In this document: one piece after another, positions 38,397 through 47,211 of the stretch
How the letters are laid out: the number at the start of each line of letters is the position of its first letter
Position numbering within the stretch: the stretch's first letter is position 1
Assembly: GCA_023511535.1 (NCBI GenBank)
Contig: JAIMBK010000010.1
Span: forward strand, 633-64,632
DNA from: Armatimonadota bacterium
GTDB lineage: Bacteria; Bacillota; Desulfotomaculia; Desulfotomaculales; Nap2-2B
Reading direction: 5' to 3'
Length of the DNA: 64,000 nt
Translations under genes and position numbers: made by a program
The notes under the pieces: generated by a model
Databases searched by the model: none
What the model saw: the letters and a program-made list of their open reading frames with translations, nothing else
Told to the model about the DNA's origin: nothing

Positions 38397-38807
38397 CTAT
38401 TCCTGCTCCCCGCCCGGCTCCTGGTCCGGCCAGGCAACTTCCAGGGAATAATGTCTGGCCATGGCGGTGACGGCGCCCAAGGTAGCCAAAAGGGCCAGTT
38501 CGCTGCGCAGCATCGCCCCGGCGATGCCCAGGGCCCCTACCACGGCGGGTATTTGCAGGACCGTCCGGCCTTCTTTCTTTAACAAAAGGCGCACTTCCCG
38601 GCCCTTCGCCCACCAGGCGCGCAGCTGATCCCCCAATTCCGAGCGGTAATCCTGGATTTTCTCACCCAGCTTTTTGCTTTTTTCTTCCAGATTAATTAAA
38701 GCCTGCACGACGTCCGAACCTGCTTCTTCTAAAGCTTCTTTGGCCTCCTTGTAACTGATCCCCATTCTTGCCCGCAGCAGGTCGATTTTTTCCAGGTCGT
38801 TAGTCAT
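38397..38807 (-). CDS. DUF4342-like protein with an N-terminal UBA/EF-Ts-N-like helix bundle
   Basis: IDLLRARMGISYKEAKEALEEAGSDVVQALINLEE (UBA-like) is followed by a glycine/alanine-rich hydrophobic C-half. The family call is from memory of the pattern. Confidence 0.55.
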   Translation of the reverse strand: MTNDLEKIDLLRARMGISYKEAKEALEEAGSDVVQALINLEEKSKKLGEKIQDYRSELGDQLRAWWAKGREVRLLLKKEGRTVLQIPAVVGALGIAGAMLRSELALLATLGAVTAMARHYSLEVAWPDQEPGGEQE

Positions 38808-38882
38808 TAATATTGCTGCCTCCTTAGAAAATAGCTTCTGCCATCATTTCCACCGGGCTGGAATTGTCCGGCTTTCTCCGAT

Positions 38883-38930
38883 GTGCCTTCGTGCCTTTAT
38901 CCCTCAGTGCCTCAGTGCCTCAGTGCCTCT
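38883..38930. repeat. Octamer array TGCCTNNG (about 5 units)
   Basis: tgccttcg tgcctttatccctcag tgcctcag tgcctcag tgcctctt. It is intergenic, between the recO stop and the DUF4342 start. Confidence 0.8.
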
Positions 38931-38965
38931 TTCCATTAAATATCTTACCCCTCGCGCCACGCTTT

Positions 38966-39730
38966 TTATGCATGATCGTTGCCGGGGCCGCCCGGGTGGC
39001 GCCAAAATTCGGCGGCTGTTCCCCGGTAGCCCAGGTGATATTCGATGTAGTTTTCTAAAATAGCTTTTAACTCTCTTCTGGCCTGGGCGTCCACTTTGCA
39101 ATTTTCCAGTCTGGCCAGCTCCCAGCGCAGAAAGAGCTTGAGCGTTTCCACCGTCCCCCGGCGGCACCAGATTACAGGCTGCGCGCCCCTGGCGGCGCAG
39201 GCGGAGCAGAGCACTCCCCCGGCGGCGGCCGAAAAAGCCGCCTGCACCCCCGCCAGCGGCCGGCGGCAAACGGCGCAGTGCTGCAAAACGGGCCGGTACC
39301 CCAAAAAGCTGACCAGCTTCACCTCAAAAGCCCGGGCGAGGATCTCCGCGTCCCCCCGGGCAAGGAGGCGCAACGCCTGCAGCAGAAGCAAAAACACTTT
39401 TTCGTTGGCCTCACCCTCCGCGGTCAGGTTTTCCACCAGGCCGGTCAGGCGGCTGGCGTAGCCGATGGTCCGCAGGCTCTGGAGCAATTCCGGGAATAAT
39501 TCCACGCCTTCGCACTGGCTGATGGAATCCATTTCCCGGCCCTTGTGCAGTAAAAAACGCGAATAACAAAAGGGCTGCACAAAACCTCTTTTGCGGCTGG
39601 TCGGCTTGCGCGCCCCGTGGGCCATCACCCGCAATTTGCCGTATTCCCGCGAAAACAAAACAACCAGCAGGTCGGCTTCGCGCAGATTAATGGTGCGCAG
39701 CACAATTGCCTCGGTTTTGTATAACTTCAA
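38966..39730 (-). CDS. recO: DNA repair protein RecO
   Basis: MKLYKTEAIVLRTINLREADLLVVLFSREYGKLRVMAHGARK plus a C-terminal Cys cluster (CAVCRRP...CSAC). The recO-glyQS synteny matches Bacillus. Confidence 0.9.
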   Translation of the reverse strand: MKLYKTEAIVLRTINLREADLLVVLFSREYGKLRVMAHGARKPTSRKRGFVQPFCYSRFLLHKGREMDSISQCEGVELFPELLQSLRTIGYASRLTGLVENLTAEGEANEKVFLLLLQALRLLARGDAEILARAFEVKLVSFLGYRPVLQHCAVCRRPLAGVQAAFSAAAGGVLCSACAARGAQPVIWCRRGTVETLKLFLRWELARLENCKVDAQARRELKAILENYIEYHLGYRGTAAEFWRHPGGPGNDHA

Positions 39731-39816
39731 TTTTTCCCTCCAACCCCCGTATTTTGCAGGCGAAAAACACTCCCGATCTTTTCGCCGGCAGCCGCCCTAT
39801 TTCCTTTTGAAACAAC

Positions 39817-40608
39817 ATGAAAATATTCAAGATCAGGACCATATATTTTAATGATCACATCCGTGACGGGGTGAAAAAAATTAAAGTTATTTTTCTGCGT
39901 ACCGGCTTTTGTGCAAAGCTGCTGGCAGTTGCCCTCCTGGTCCTTTTCTTCACCCTGGGCGCCGACCGCCTGGTGGACGCCAGGCGCCAGGAATCGGTGA
40001 AAGCTCTTTCCTGGGCGCTGGCCGAAAAAGTAGTCGTGGTTGATCCCGGGCACGGCGGGGTGGATCCGGGCGCGGTCGGCAAAAATAATATCCTGGAAAA
40101 AGATCTGGTCCTGGCGGTAGGCCACCGGTTAGCCGCCCTGCTCCGCCAGGGCGGGGCGAAAGTAATCATGACCAGGGAAACCGACACGGACTTAAGCGAT
40201 CCGGAACTGCGCGGCCTGTACGCCAAAAAGCGCCAGGACCTGGCCCGCCGGGTGGCCCTGGCCAACAACAGCCGGGCCGATCTGTTGATCAGCATCCATA
40301 TCAATAGTTTTCCGAACCCGCGCCAGTCCGGTGCGCAAACTTTCTGCCCGGCCGGCTCGCCCGCCGGGCGCCGGCTCGCCCTGGCCATTCAGAAAGAACT
40401 TAACTTTTTTTTAAAAGATGATCGGCGGGTACCACTTCCGGGTAATTACTATATTTTAAAAGAAGCGAAAATTCCTGCGGTGATCGTGGAAATTGGTTTT
40501 TTAAGCAACCCGCAGGAGTATAAACTGCTCCAGGACCCGGCCTACCAGACGAAAATCGCCTGGTGTTTATACGCCGGCCTCGTCCATTATTTTGCTTCGC
40601 AAGGGTGA
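39817..40608 (+). CDS. cwlD: N-acetylmuramoyl-L-alanine amidase, CwlD-like (germination-specific type)
   Basis: Single N-terminal TM segment, then VVVVDPGHGGVDPGAVG...ISIHINSF...VIVEIGFLSNPQE (Amidase_3). The size and architecture fit CwlD. The start codon is uncertain. Confidence 0.75.
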   Translation: MKIFKIRTIYFNDHIRDGVKKIKVIFLRTGFCAKLLAVALLVLFFTLGADRLVDARRQESVKALSWALAEKVVVVDPGHGGVDPGAVGKNNILEKDLVLAVGHRLAALLRQGGAKVIMTRETDTDLSDPELRGLYAKKRQDLARRVALANNSRADLLISIHINSFPNPRQSGAQTFCPAGSPAGRRLALAIQKELNFFLKDDRRVPLPGNYYILKEAKIPAVIVEIGFLSNPQEYKLLQDPAYQTKIAWCLYAGLVHYFASQG

Positions 40609-40620
40609 AAAGGTGAAAAG

Positions 40621-41550
40621 ATGAAAGGGCAGGAACTAACCAGGCTTACCAATATCTGGAGCAAGGTATCCCGGCAGGACGACCGCCCGGTTTCCCGGGT
40701 AGTGATCGAATCCACCCGCCCGCTGGCCTACCAGCTACGAAGGATTAACCAGGTAGTGGCCTTGACCATTGATCAGGCCGTCCCCAATATGTATTGCGAT
40801 ACTCTGGCCGTCTACGACGGTTTGATCAATGAAATCACGGTCCAGCCGGAAGAAAGCAACCGCGTAACTGTTTTCATCACCCTCAATCATCAGGCCCCTT
40901 GCGCGGTCAGCAGCACAGAGGGCCTTCCCGTCCGGACTTTTTTCTCTTTCGACCGGGCTTACCTGAGTGATCTTTTTGCGGAACGCCGGATCGTGATCGA
41001 TCCCGGGCACGGCGGGCGGGACGCCGGTGGACGCGGCCCCGTCGACTTGCTGGAAAAAAACGTCGCCCTGACCATGGCGCGGAGTTTAAAAAACCTGCTT
41101 GAGCAGGTAAATGCGCAGGTCTGGCTAACCCGGGAAAGCGACTTCTTTTTGCCGCCGCAGGAGCGGCTTGGACTGGCCAGGGAAAAAAGAGCCCACCTCT
41201 TAATCAGCTTTCATACGAATTACAGTAAAGACAGCCGGGTCGGCGGCCTGGCAATTAATTACAACCCCGCCCACCCCGCCGGCCGGCACCTGGCGCAGCT
41301 GATCTGCACAGAACTGGTGCGCAAGATCAAACGTACCGTCCTGGAAATCAAGGCAGACAAAGAATTAACCGCCCTGGGAACGGTTCCGGGCCTGAAAATC
41401 ATGCCGGTAACCATCTCTAACTGGGTGGAAGAGGGGTTGCTGCGAAATCCCACTTTTTACGAGAAGATTGCCCTGGGCGTTATGAACGGGTTAAGCAGAT
41501 ATTTTGCCGCGACGCAGGTGCAAAGATACTCCGGGGACACAAGGGTATAA
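40621..41550 (+). CDS. N-acetylmuramoyl-L-alanine amidase with an N-terminal AMIN-like domain
   Basis: RIVIDPGHGGRDAGGRGP...LISFHTN (Amidase_3 core), preceded by a ~110-aa beta-rich domain. Confidence 0.8.
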   Translation: MKGQELTRLTNIWSKVSRQDDRPVSRVVIESTRPLAYQLRRINQVVALTIDQAVPNMYCDTLAVYDGLINEITVQPEESNRVTVFITLNHQAPCAVSSTEGLPVRTFFSFDRAYLSDLFAERRIVIDPGHGGRDAGGRGPVDLLEKNVALTMARSLKNLLEQVNAQVWLTRESDFFLPPQERLGLAREKRAHLLISFHTNYSKDSRVGGLAINYNPAHPAGRHLAQLICTELVRKIKRTVLEIKADKELTALGTVPGLKIMPVTISNWVEEGLLRNPTFYEKIALGVMNGLSRYFAATQVQRYSGDTRV

Positions 41551-41640
41551 GGGTAAAGGCGCAAAGGTTAAAACGCATACTTGTCAATAATCTACAAAAA
41601 ATAAAAAATGGGAACAGGAACCTTCCCCAGCGGCAGGATA

Positions 41641-41784
41641 TGCCTCTGTGCCTATGTGCCCTTTTACCTCGTGCCTTTGTGCTTTTTTCCTCTGTACTTT
41701 AGTGGCTTTGTGCTCTGTGCCTGCCTCTGTGCATCTTTTCCTTTGTGCCTCTGTGCCTCTGTGCCTGTTGCCTTTGTGCCTCTG
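41641..41784. repeat. Octamer array TGCCTNNG (about 15 degenerate units)
   Basis: tgcctctg tgcctatg ... tgcctctg tgcctctg tgcctgt tgcctttg tgcctctg. It is intergenic and produces spurious Cys/Leu-rich ORFs. Confidence 0.85.
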
Positions 41785-41876
41785 TCTTTAATCTTTTTGC
41801 AGGCAGGGTGTTGCCCTTGAACCGGCCGGACTGGTCGAAGCAGTGGAGACGGTGGAGATGGTTAAGGCTGAAAGGG

Positions 41877-42812
41877 TTGAGCGGGCTGCGCCGGGCGCTG
41901 CTGCCCGTCGTCCTGGGCGTGCTTGTTTGCTGGTCCGGCGGAGCGGCAGCCGCCGCCCCCGCCAACCACCGGTGCGGCGGCACCGGCAGCGAGCCGGTCG
42001 TTTTAACTCAACCCTTTCAAAAAGGAGATGATGTCTTCAACCTGCAGCGCTGTCTGGCCGGCCTGGGGTATTACGCGGGGGCGCCGGATGGCTTTTACGG
42101 ACCGGAGACGATAAAAGCGGTGAAATCCTTTCAAAAGGAGCACCGCCTGCCCGCGACGGGGATCATCACCCCGGCCACCTGGGCGGCAATCAGCCGGGAA
42201 ATGGTCCGGCACGTGGATACGCTGCCCCTCCCCGGCGAATATTACGACGTGATCTTACTGGTGGATACCTTTAAGCTCACCCTCACTCTGCTCTCCAACG
42301 GCGAACCGGTCCGGAAATACCCGGTGGCGGTGGGCCGGCCCGGCTCCGAAACGCCCGTGGGAACCTGGAAAGTCACCGACAAATCGGACGAGCCCGCTCC
42401 CGGTACAGGCACGCACTGGCTGGGCTTAAACGTTCCCTGCGGCAATTTCGGCGTGCACGGGACGGACAACCCGTGGTCCATCGGCACGTACGCCAGCGGC
42501 GGCTGCGTGCGCCTGCATAACGCCCACATCCAGGAAATTTACCCGCTGGTTTCCACGGGCACCCGGGTAATTATTGTGGGTAACCCCTTCGGGCGCTTCG
42601 GCGAGGAATATCCGCTCCTGCAGACGGGAGACTGCAGCCCCGCGGTGCGGGAAGTGCAGTATAAGTTGAAGCGCCTGGGCTTTTACCGGGAGGAGCCGGA
42701 CAGCATCTTCGGCCCCGCCACGGCCGAAGCCGTCCAAGCCTTTCGAAAAAAGCAAGGCCTGACGGAAGGCGCCCAAGTCGACGAGGAAATTTACCATCTG
42801 CTCGGCCTTTAG
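41877..42812 (+). CDS. L,D-transpeptidase (YkuD domain) flanked by peptidoglycan-binding domains
   Basis: PG_binding_1-like GDDVFNLQRCLAGLGYY...DGFYGPETIKAVKSFQ appears twice. The catalytic motif is FGVHGTDNPWSIGTYASGGCVRLHN. The start is uncertain (in-frame GTG 41808, TTG 41811/41817/41877). ORF-track 5' end 41745 lies inside the octamer repeat and is rejected. Confidence 0.8.
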   Translation: MSGLRRALLPVVLGVLVCWSGGAAAAAPANHRCGGTGSEPVVLTQPFQKGDDVFNLQRCLAGLGYYAGAPDGFYGPETIKAVKSFQKEHRLPATGIITPATWAAISREMVRHVDTLPLPGEYYDVILLVDTFKLTLTLLSNGEPVRKYPVAVGRPGSETPVGTWKVTDKSDEPAPGTGTHWLGLNVPCGNFGVHGTDNPWSIGTYASGGCVRLHNAHIQEIYPLVSTGTRVIIVGNPFGRFGEEYPLLQTGDCSPAVREVQYKLKRLGFYREEPDSIFGPATAEAVQAFRKKQGLTEGAQVDEEIYHLLGL

Positions 42813-42899
42813 CAATAGTTGTTGAAGACGATCATTGATAGAAAGTAGTCCATATGCTATAGTAAAAATATAAAAAAAGCGACTCCGGGAGAATTTCTT

Positions 42900-43199
42900 T
42901 TGAAATTATCTGAGATTATTTGGAAAGATAAGTTCGTAAACAAAATCGAGGCCAAACACGACGTCAAAACTTACGAGGTAGAACAGATTTTATTTTCAAA
43001 ACCACATGTTCGCTTAGCCGAAAAGGGCGTGGTGAAAAACGAAAACTTATATGCCGCTTATGGAAAAACTTTTCAAGGAAGATATTTAATTGTATTTTTC
43101 ATCTATAAACATGGTCGGGCTGCCTTGCCAATCACAGCGCGAGAGATGACTTTTAAAGAAAGGAAGTACTATGATAATGTCCAAAAAAAATCCTGTTGA
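42900..43199 (+). CDS. brnT: BrnT-family toxin (DUF497)
   Basis: 99 aa with W.D.K...I..KH.V...EVE..L and C-terminal PITAREMTFKERKYY typical of BrnT. It is followed by an overlapping BrnA-like gene. Confidence 0.7.
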   Translation: MKLSEIIWKDKFVNKIEAKHDVKTYEVEQILFSKPHVRLAEKGVVKNENLYAAYGKTFQGRYLIVFFIYKHGRAALPITAREMTFKERKYYDNVQKKSC

Positions 43200-43446
43200 T
43201 CAAATTCCGGACGAATTTAAAAGTTACGAGGAAGCGGCAGAATTTTGGGATCATCATGATACGACTGATTACCCTGATGTTTTTCGTACCGTAGAAGTCA
43301 GTGCTGATTTTCAGAAGAGAATATATGAAGTTGAAATCGACGAAGAAGTGGTTGAAAAGCTGCGGATCCACGCTCGCCAAAAAGGAATCACGGTCAGCCG
43401 TTTAGCGAGCGAACTTCTCCGTCAACAACTAAATATAGCCAGGTAA
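43171..43446 (+). CDS. brnA: BrnA-like antitoxin (C-terminal ribbon-helix-helix)
   Basis: FKSYEEAAEFWDHHDTTDY plus C-terminal KLRIHARQKGITVSRLASELLRQQL. It overlaps brnT by 29 nt. Confidence 0.7.
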   Translation: MIMSKKNPVDQIPDEFKSYEEAAEFWDHHDTTDYPDVFRTVEVSADFQKRIYEVEIDEEVVEKLRIHARQKGITVSRLASELLRQQLNIAR

Positions 43447-43534
43447 ATAATCCGCCACGTCCTCACTTCAAATTCCTGTTTTACCATCCTTTTCCCCCGC
43501 ATATAAATTGCCGTAGGAAAAAATTTCTATCCGG

Positions 43535-43558
43535 CGTCCGACGTCCGACGTCCGACGA
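43535..43558. repeat. Tandem heptamer CGTCCGA x3.4
   Basis: ggCGTCCGACGTCCGACGTCCGACGAc, 24 nt upstream of the proposed amj start. Confidence 0.8.
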
Positions 43559-43581
43559 CTGTTCCGGGCAGGTGGTAAAAA

Positions 43582-44412
43582 ATTGACCGGCTGCTGGTAG
43601 TCGCCATCCTTACGGCAATTATCCACATGACCGATACGCTGGTTTACGCCGTGCGCTTTTCGGGGGTTTCCACGAAGAGGCTGGCCACGGCCTTTTCTCT
43701 TTTTCAAATCATTTCGTTGCTGGCCAGCACAGCCAATCTGATCCAGGCGCCTTTGCTTTCTTCCGTGGTCGAGCAGGTAATCAACACCGGCTTAAAGGAA
43801 AGCTCTCATCACCAGGAACTGCTCCTGGAGCTAAACCACCAGATCCGCCTGGTCATTTTCTCCGCCACGGCGGGGACGGTTGCCGGTGTCCTTTTTACGC
43901 CTCTCTTCATCAGCGTTTTTACCAGGATAATTTTCCTTTTCGAAGAAGCCGGCTCTATTCCGAGGTTGATTTTGATGCTCCTGTCCCCCCGCTGGATTTT
44001 TCTCTTCATCTCGAAGAAAAAATTCTGGCCGGCCCGGCGCCGGTTGTTTGATCAGCGGAATATCCCGCTCACCTTTCTGGTGGCCAATGTAATCATTATC
44101 GGCATCTGGACCACGGGGGTGCTTTCCGCCCTCTACGCCGGGACTTTAATCCCGGATTACCGGTCCACGGCCAGCCTGCTCTCCGGCGTGGTGAACGGAA
44201 TGGCCACCATTCTTAGCGCGGTGGTGGTGGACCCTACTGCGGCCACCATCACGGACCAGGCCCTGCGGGGGGAAAGAGACCAGCAAGACGTGAAACAAAT
44301 GGTTTATTACCTCTGTTTGACGAGAATTTTCGGCACCCTGCTGGCCCAGATTCTCTTTTTGCCCGCTGCCTGTTTAATTAAATACTGCGCGCTGTTCATC
44401 GTAGGTCTGTAG
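43582..44412 (+). CDS. amj: Lipid II flippase Amj (DUF2837)
   Basis: IDRLLVVAILTAIIHMTDTLVYAVRFSGVSTKRLATAFSLFQIISLLASTANLIQAPLLSSVVE parallels the Bacillus Amj N-terminus. The homologous region starts 15 codons upstream of the first ATG, at ATT 43582, right after TAA and 5 nt after GGTGG. Confidence 0.8.
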   Translation: MDRLLVVAILTAIIHMTDTLVYAVRFSGVSTKRLATAFSLFQIISLLASTANLIQAPLLSSVVEQVINTGLKESSHHQELLLELNHQIRLVIFSATAGTVAGVLFTPLFISVFTRIIFLFEEAGSIPRLILMLLSPRWIFLFISKKKFWPARRRLFDQRNIPLTFLVANVIIIGIWTTGVLSALYAGTLIPDYRSTASLLSGVVNGMATILSAVVVDPTAATITDQALRGERDQQDVKQMVYYLCLTRIFGTLLAQILFLPAACLIKYCALFIVGL

Positions 44413-44612
44413 AGCGCGGGCGTAAGCGGCCCGGCAGTAAAAAAAGGAACAAAAAGACAGGCACAAATTCCTTTGCGGACGACATAGTGTATTACTAGCC
44501 CACGGCGTGAAGAGCCGGCTGCTGCCTTTTTCGGCAAAAATACACAGACCAGGAATATTTCATGGATATTTCCGGATCAATTGGTGAAAAGATAGATCAG
44601 GGTGGTTTACTC

Positions 44613-45254
44613 ATGAACTGGGCCGTGATCCCGATCCGAACCCACGTCATCACGGAAAACGACGAGATCGTGAGCATGGTCGGCAGGTATACCGCGGGGA
44701 TTGCCGGGCCGCAGGACATTATTGCCGTCGCCGAAAGCGTTGTGGCGATCACCCAAAAAAGGGCCATTTTACCGGAGGCTGTCCACCCCGGACTGGCCGC
44801 CCGCTTTTTATGCCGCTTCCCGGCCAAGCACGGCAGTCTGGCCACGCCGGGAGCCATGCAACTGGCCATCCAGGAGGCAGGCTTACCCAGGATTTTGCTG
44901 GGCTGCGCCGCCGCTTTTTGCGGCCGCCTGATCGGCAAAAAAGGCTACTTCTATCTGGTGGCCGGCCGGGAACTGGCCTTCATTGACGATATCGCCGGCA
45001 CCATGTGGCCCTACGAAAAGCATATCATCCTCGGTCCAAAGGAGCCGGACCGGGTGGTTCATTCCATCCGGGAAGCCACGGGCGCCGAAGCGGTGGTCGC
45101 TGACGTAAACGATCTGAAATGCGTCGATATTCTCGCCGCCACCAGCCCGGAAAGCGAGCGCATCGCGAAAGAAACCCTGGTTGACAACCCTTTCGGCAAC
45201 GACGATCAGCAAACGCCCATTGTAGTTATTAAAAAAGTTCAGGAAGGGATGTGA
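44613..45254 (+). CDS. F420-0:gamma-glutamyl ligase (CofE)-like family protein
   Basis: The pattern IPIRTHVITENDEIV...DIIAVAESVVAITQKR...GAEAVVADVND resembles the CofE-like fold family. The start is set at ATG 44613 (AGGGTGG N7). Function is not established. Confidence 0.6.
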   Translation: MNWAVIPIRTHVITENDEIVSMVGRYTAGIAGPQDIIAVAESVVAITQKRAILPEAVHPGLAARFLCRFPAKHGSLATPGAMQLAIQEAGLPRILLGCAAAFCGRLIGKKGYFYLVAGRELAFIDDIAGTMWPYEKHIILGPKEPDRVVHSIREATGAEAVVADVNDLKCVDILAATSPESERIAKETLVDNPFGNDDQQTPIVVIKKVQEGM

Positions 45255-45260
45255 AGAGAC

Positions 45261-45719
45261 TTGTTACCGACGCCTACAAAATTCACCCTGGTGGCTGGAG
45301 CGAGCGAAGGGGGAACCCCGCTGAACGCCTTTGACCGGGCTTTGCTGGCAGCGGGGGCCGGCAACGTCAACCTGGTGAGGGTGAGCAGCATCCTGCCGCC
45401 GGGGGCAGCGTACGCGGAAGAAATCGCCCTTCCGCCGGGAGCCCTGGTTCCCGTAGCCTACGGCGCCCTTACCTCCACCGCCCCGGGAGAGATCATTACA
45501 GCGGCGGTCGGCGTAGGCATTCCTGAAGAGGGTTTTGGCGTAATCATGGAATATTCCGGGCATATCTCGAAGCAGGAAGCAGAACAAATTATGCGGCAGA
45601 TGGTCGTCGAGGCTTTTGAAGTGCGGGGGTTGCCGCTGGTTAAATACATGATCAAGGCCGTTGAACACCGGGTGATCAAAACCGGGGCGGTCTTTGCCGG
45701 GGCAATCTTGTGGTATTAA
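45261..45719 (+). CDS. pdaD: Pyruvoyl-dependent arginine decarboxylase
   Basis: FTLVAGASEGGTPLNAFDRALLAAGAGNVNLVRVSSILPPGA...GVIMEYSG...AVEH...FAGAILWY aligns along its whole length with archaeal PdaD. This includes the self-cleaving Ser-Ser site. Confidence 0.88.
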   Translation: MLPTPTKFTLVAGASEGGTPLNAFDRALLAAGAGNVNLVRVSSILPPGAAYAEEIALPPGALVPVAYGALTSTAPGEIITAAVGVGIPEEGFGVIMEYSGHISKQEAEQIMRQMVVEAFEVRGLPLVKYMIKAVEHRVIKTGAVFAGAILWY

Positions 45720-45801
45720 AATTTTTTTGTTTTCAAGGTAGACCTTCATGCCGCTTCTGTGGCAGGCCGTTTTCAATGAAGGGAGCCGCATCCATCTTGA
45801 C

Positions 45802-45825
45802 TAAAAAGCCCGGCGGGGCCGGGCT
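45802..45825 (-). terminator. Rho-independent terminator downstream of the RelE-like TA operon
   Basis: 8-bp GC stem AGCCCGGC / GCCGGGCT with loop GGG, followed on the minus strand by TTTTT. It could also act weakly for pdaD on the plus strand. Confidence 0.6.
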
Positions 45826-45906
45826 ATCTGTTGATTCTTTACTCCAGCTCTTTCTAGTCTATAAGAACCCGCACCGAAGTCGAGATAACTTTCAACGTCA
45901 GTAAAG

Positions 45907-46170
45907 CTACTTGTAAATATCGCCCCTTGGACCTATGGATACAATGTTGACCGTCATGCTTCCTTTTTCGATCCTGTAAACAATCCTGTACCCGTCGGTA
46001 GTAATTCTGTAATACCCTTTGTACTGACCCTTGAGTTTTTTAATATTCTTTCCACTAAAAGGATTTTGTTCCAACTGGCTGAGGCATCTATCAATGTCGC
46101 GGATCAGTTTCTCGTCGTGGAGTGAATCGTAATACTTCTGGACAACCCTGGAAAATCTTATTTTAAACAA
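45907..46170 (-). CDS. RelE/ParE-family type II toxin
   Basis: 87 aa with KKLKGQYKGYYRITTDGYRIVYRIEKGSMTVNIVSIGPRGDIYK, typical of the RelE/ParE superfamily. It overlaps the upstream antitoxin gene by 8 nt. Confidence 0.75.
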   Translation of the reverse strand: MFKIRFSRVVQKYYDSLHDEKLIRDIDRCLSQLEQNPFSGKNIKKLKGQYKGYYRITTDGYRIVYRIEKGSMTVNIVSIGPRGDIYK

Positions 46171-46381
46171 TGGTACGCTTCACATCCCTCCACCAAACGT
46201 ACTCTCCTTTCGAGTATTCCTCTTCCGAGGCTCGGATCATCTCTTTTTCCTGGAGGGAAAGTTCTTCATCATCATTCTCAACGTTTTCCTTGATTTTTTG
46301 GGCGAAATCAAGGAGAATGGCTATTTTTTCTTCAGGTAAATCGTTCAGCATTTCAATTAATTTATTCCGGATGGCCGACAT
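46163..46381 (-). CDS. Putative antitoxin (DUF2281-like)
   Basis: 72 aa with LIEMLNDLPEEKIAILLDFAQKI, translationally coupled upstream of the toxin gene. Confidence 0.6.
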   Translation of the reverse strand: MSAIRNKLIEMLNDLPEEKIAILLDFAQKIKENVENDDEELSLQEKEMIRASEEEYSKGEYVWWRDVKRTIV

Positions 46382-46539
46382 GGAGAAAGCCTCCTCCTTT
46401 TTTATAAACCATTATACCCTTTTAATCAAATTATTGCTAGCCCAACTTTGGATTTAAAACCCTAAAAGCCTTGCCGTTTCTACACTTCTCATTTTTATTT
46501 GGTCATTACAACCTCGGTGCCTCCTTGTTCCGGGAGCAT

Positions 46540-47142
46540 TTATGAATAATTTTTGAGCAGCCTGGTTAGGATCTCCCGGGCCCCGGCCAGAGCCCGCGCC
46601 CGGTGGCTGATGGTGTTTTTTATTTCCGGATCCAGTTCCGCAAAAGTTTTTCCCAGTTGAGGCACGAAAAACAGGGGATCGTAACCGAAGCCCCTGTTTC
46701 CTCTGGGTTCGGCGGCAATTACTCCTGCGCAGGCCCCTTCGGCGGTGTAGACCTCCCCGCCCGGAGTGGCAACGGCCACCACGCAGCGAAAACGGGCGGT
46801 GCGCTTTTCCGGGGGCACTCCCGCCAGCAGGCGCAGGAGTTTTTCGTTGTTGGCCCGGTCGTCGCGGCCTTCGCCGGCGAAACGCGCGGAGTAAACTCCC
46901 GGCGCCCCGTTTAAATAATCCACCTCCAGGCCCGAATCGTCGGCCAGCGCCAAAAGGCCGGTGGCGGCAGCCACGGCGCGGGCCTTTTTGACGGCGTTTT
47001 CGGCAAAGGTGGCGCCGTCTTCCGCCACTTCCGGCACCTGCGGGTAGTCCTGCAGGGAAACAACTTCAACGGGGAGGGATGCCAAAAGCGCTTTTAACTC
47101 CTTGAGCTTGCCCTGATTGCGGCTGGCCAGCACGATTTTCAC
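46540..47142 (-). CDS. rdgB: dITP/XTP pyrophosphatase (non-canonical purine NTP pyrophosphatase)
   Basis: [19 protein letters not shown]...[24 protein letters not shown]...FGYDPLF...SHRARAL. Confidence 0.9.
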   Translation of the reverse strand: MKIVLASRNQGKLKELKALLASLPVEVVSLQDYPQVPEVAEDGATFAENAVKKARAVAAATGLLALADDSGLEVDYLNGAPGVYSARFAGEGRDDRANNEKLLRLLAGVPPEKRTARFRCVVAVATPGGEVYTAEGACAGVIAAEPRGNRGFGYDPLFFVPQLGKTFAELDPEIKNTISHRARALAGAREILTRLLKNYS

Positions 47143-47211
47143 GGTCCCTACCCACTCTCCAGACGTGTCTGCTAAATTTAACCACAGAGGACATAAAGAA
47201 CTCAGAATGAC

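Noticed and set aside
41641-41784. Possible CRISPR array
   Set aside because: The repeat unit is only 8 nt with no unique spacers, and there are no cas genes in the window. These are microsatellite-like arrays, not CRISPR.
41608-41820. Cys/Leu/Phe-rich small ORFs across the octamer arrays (41608-41820, 38864-39058, 51448-51789, 51468-52052), and the 5' extension of the L,D-transpeptidase ORF from 41745
   Set aside because: Their sequence is dictated by the 8-nt repeat (period not divisible by 3). They have no SD and overlap better-supported features.
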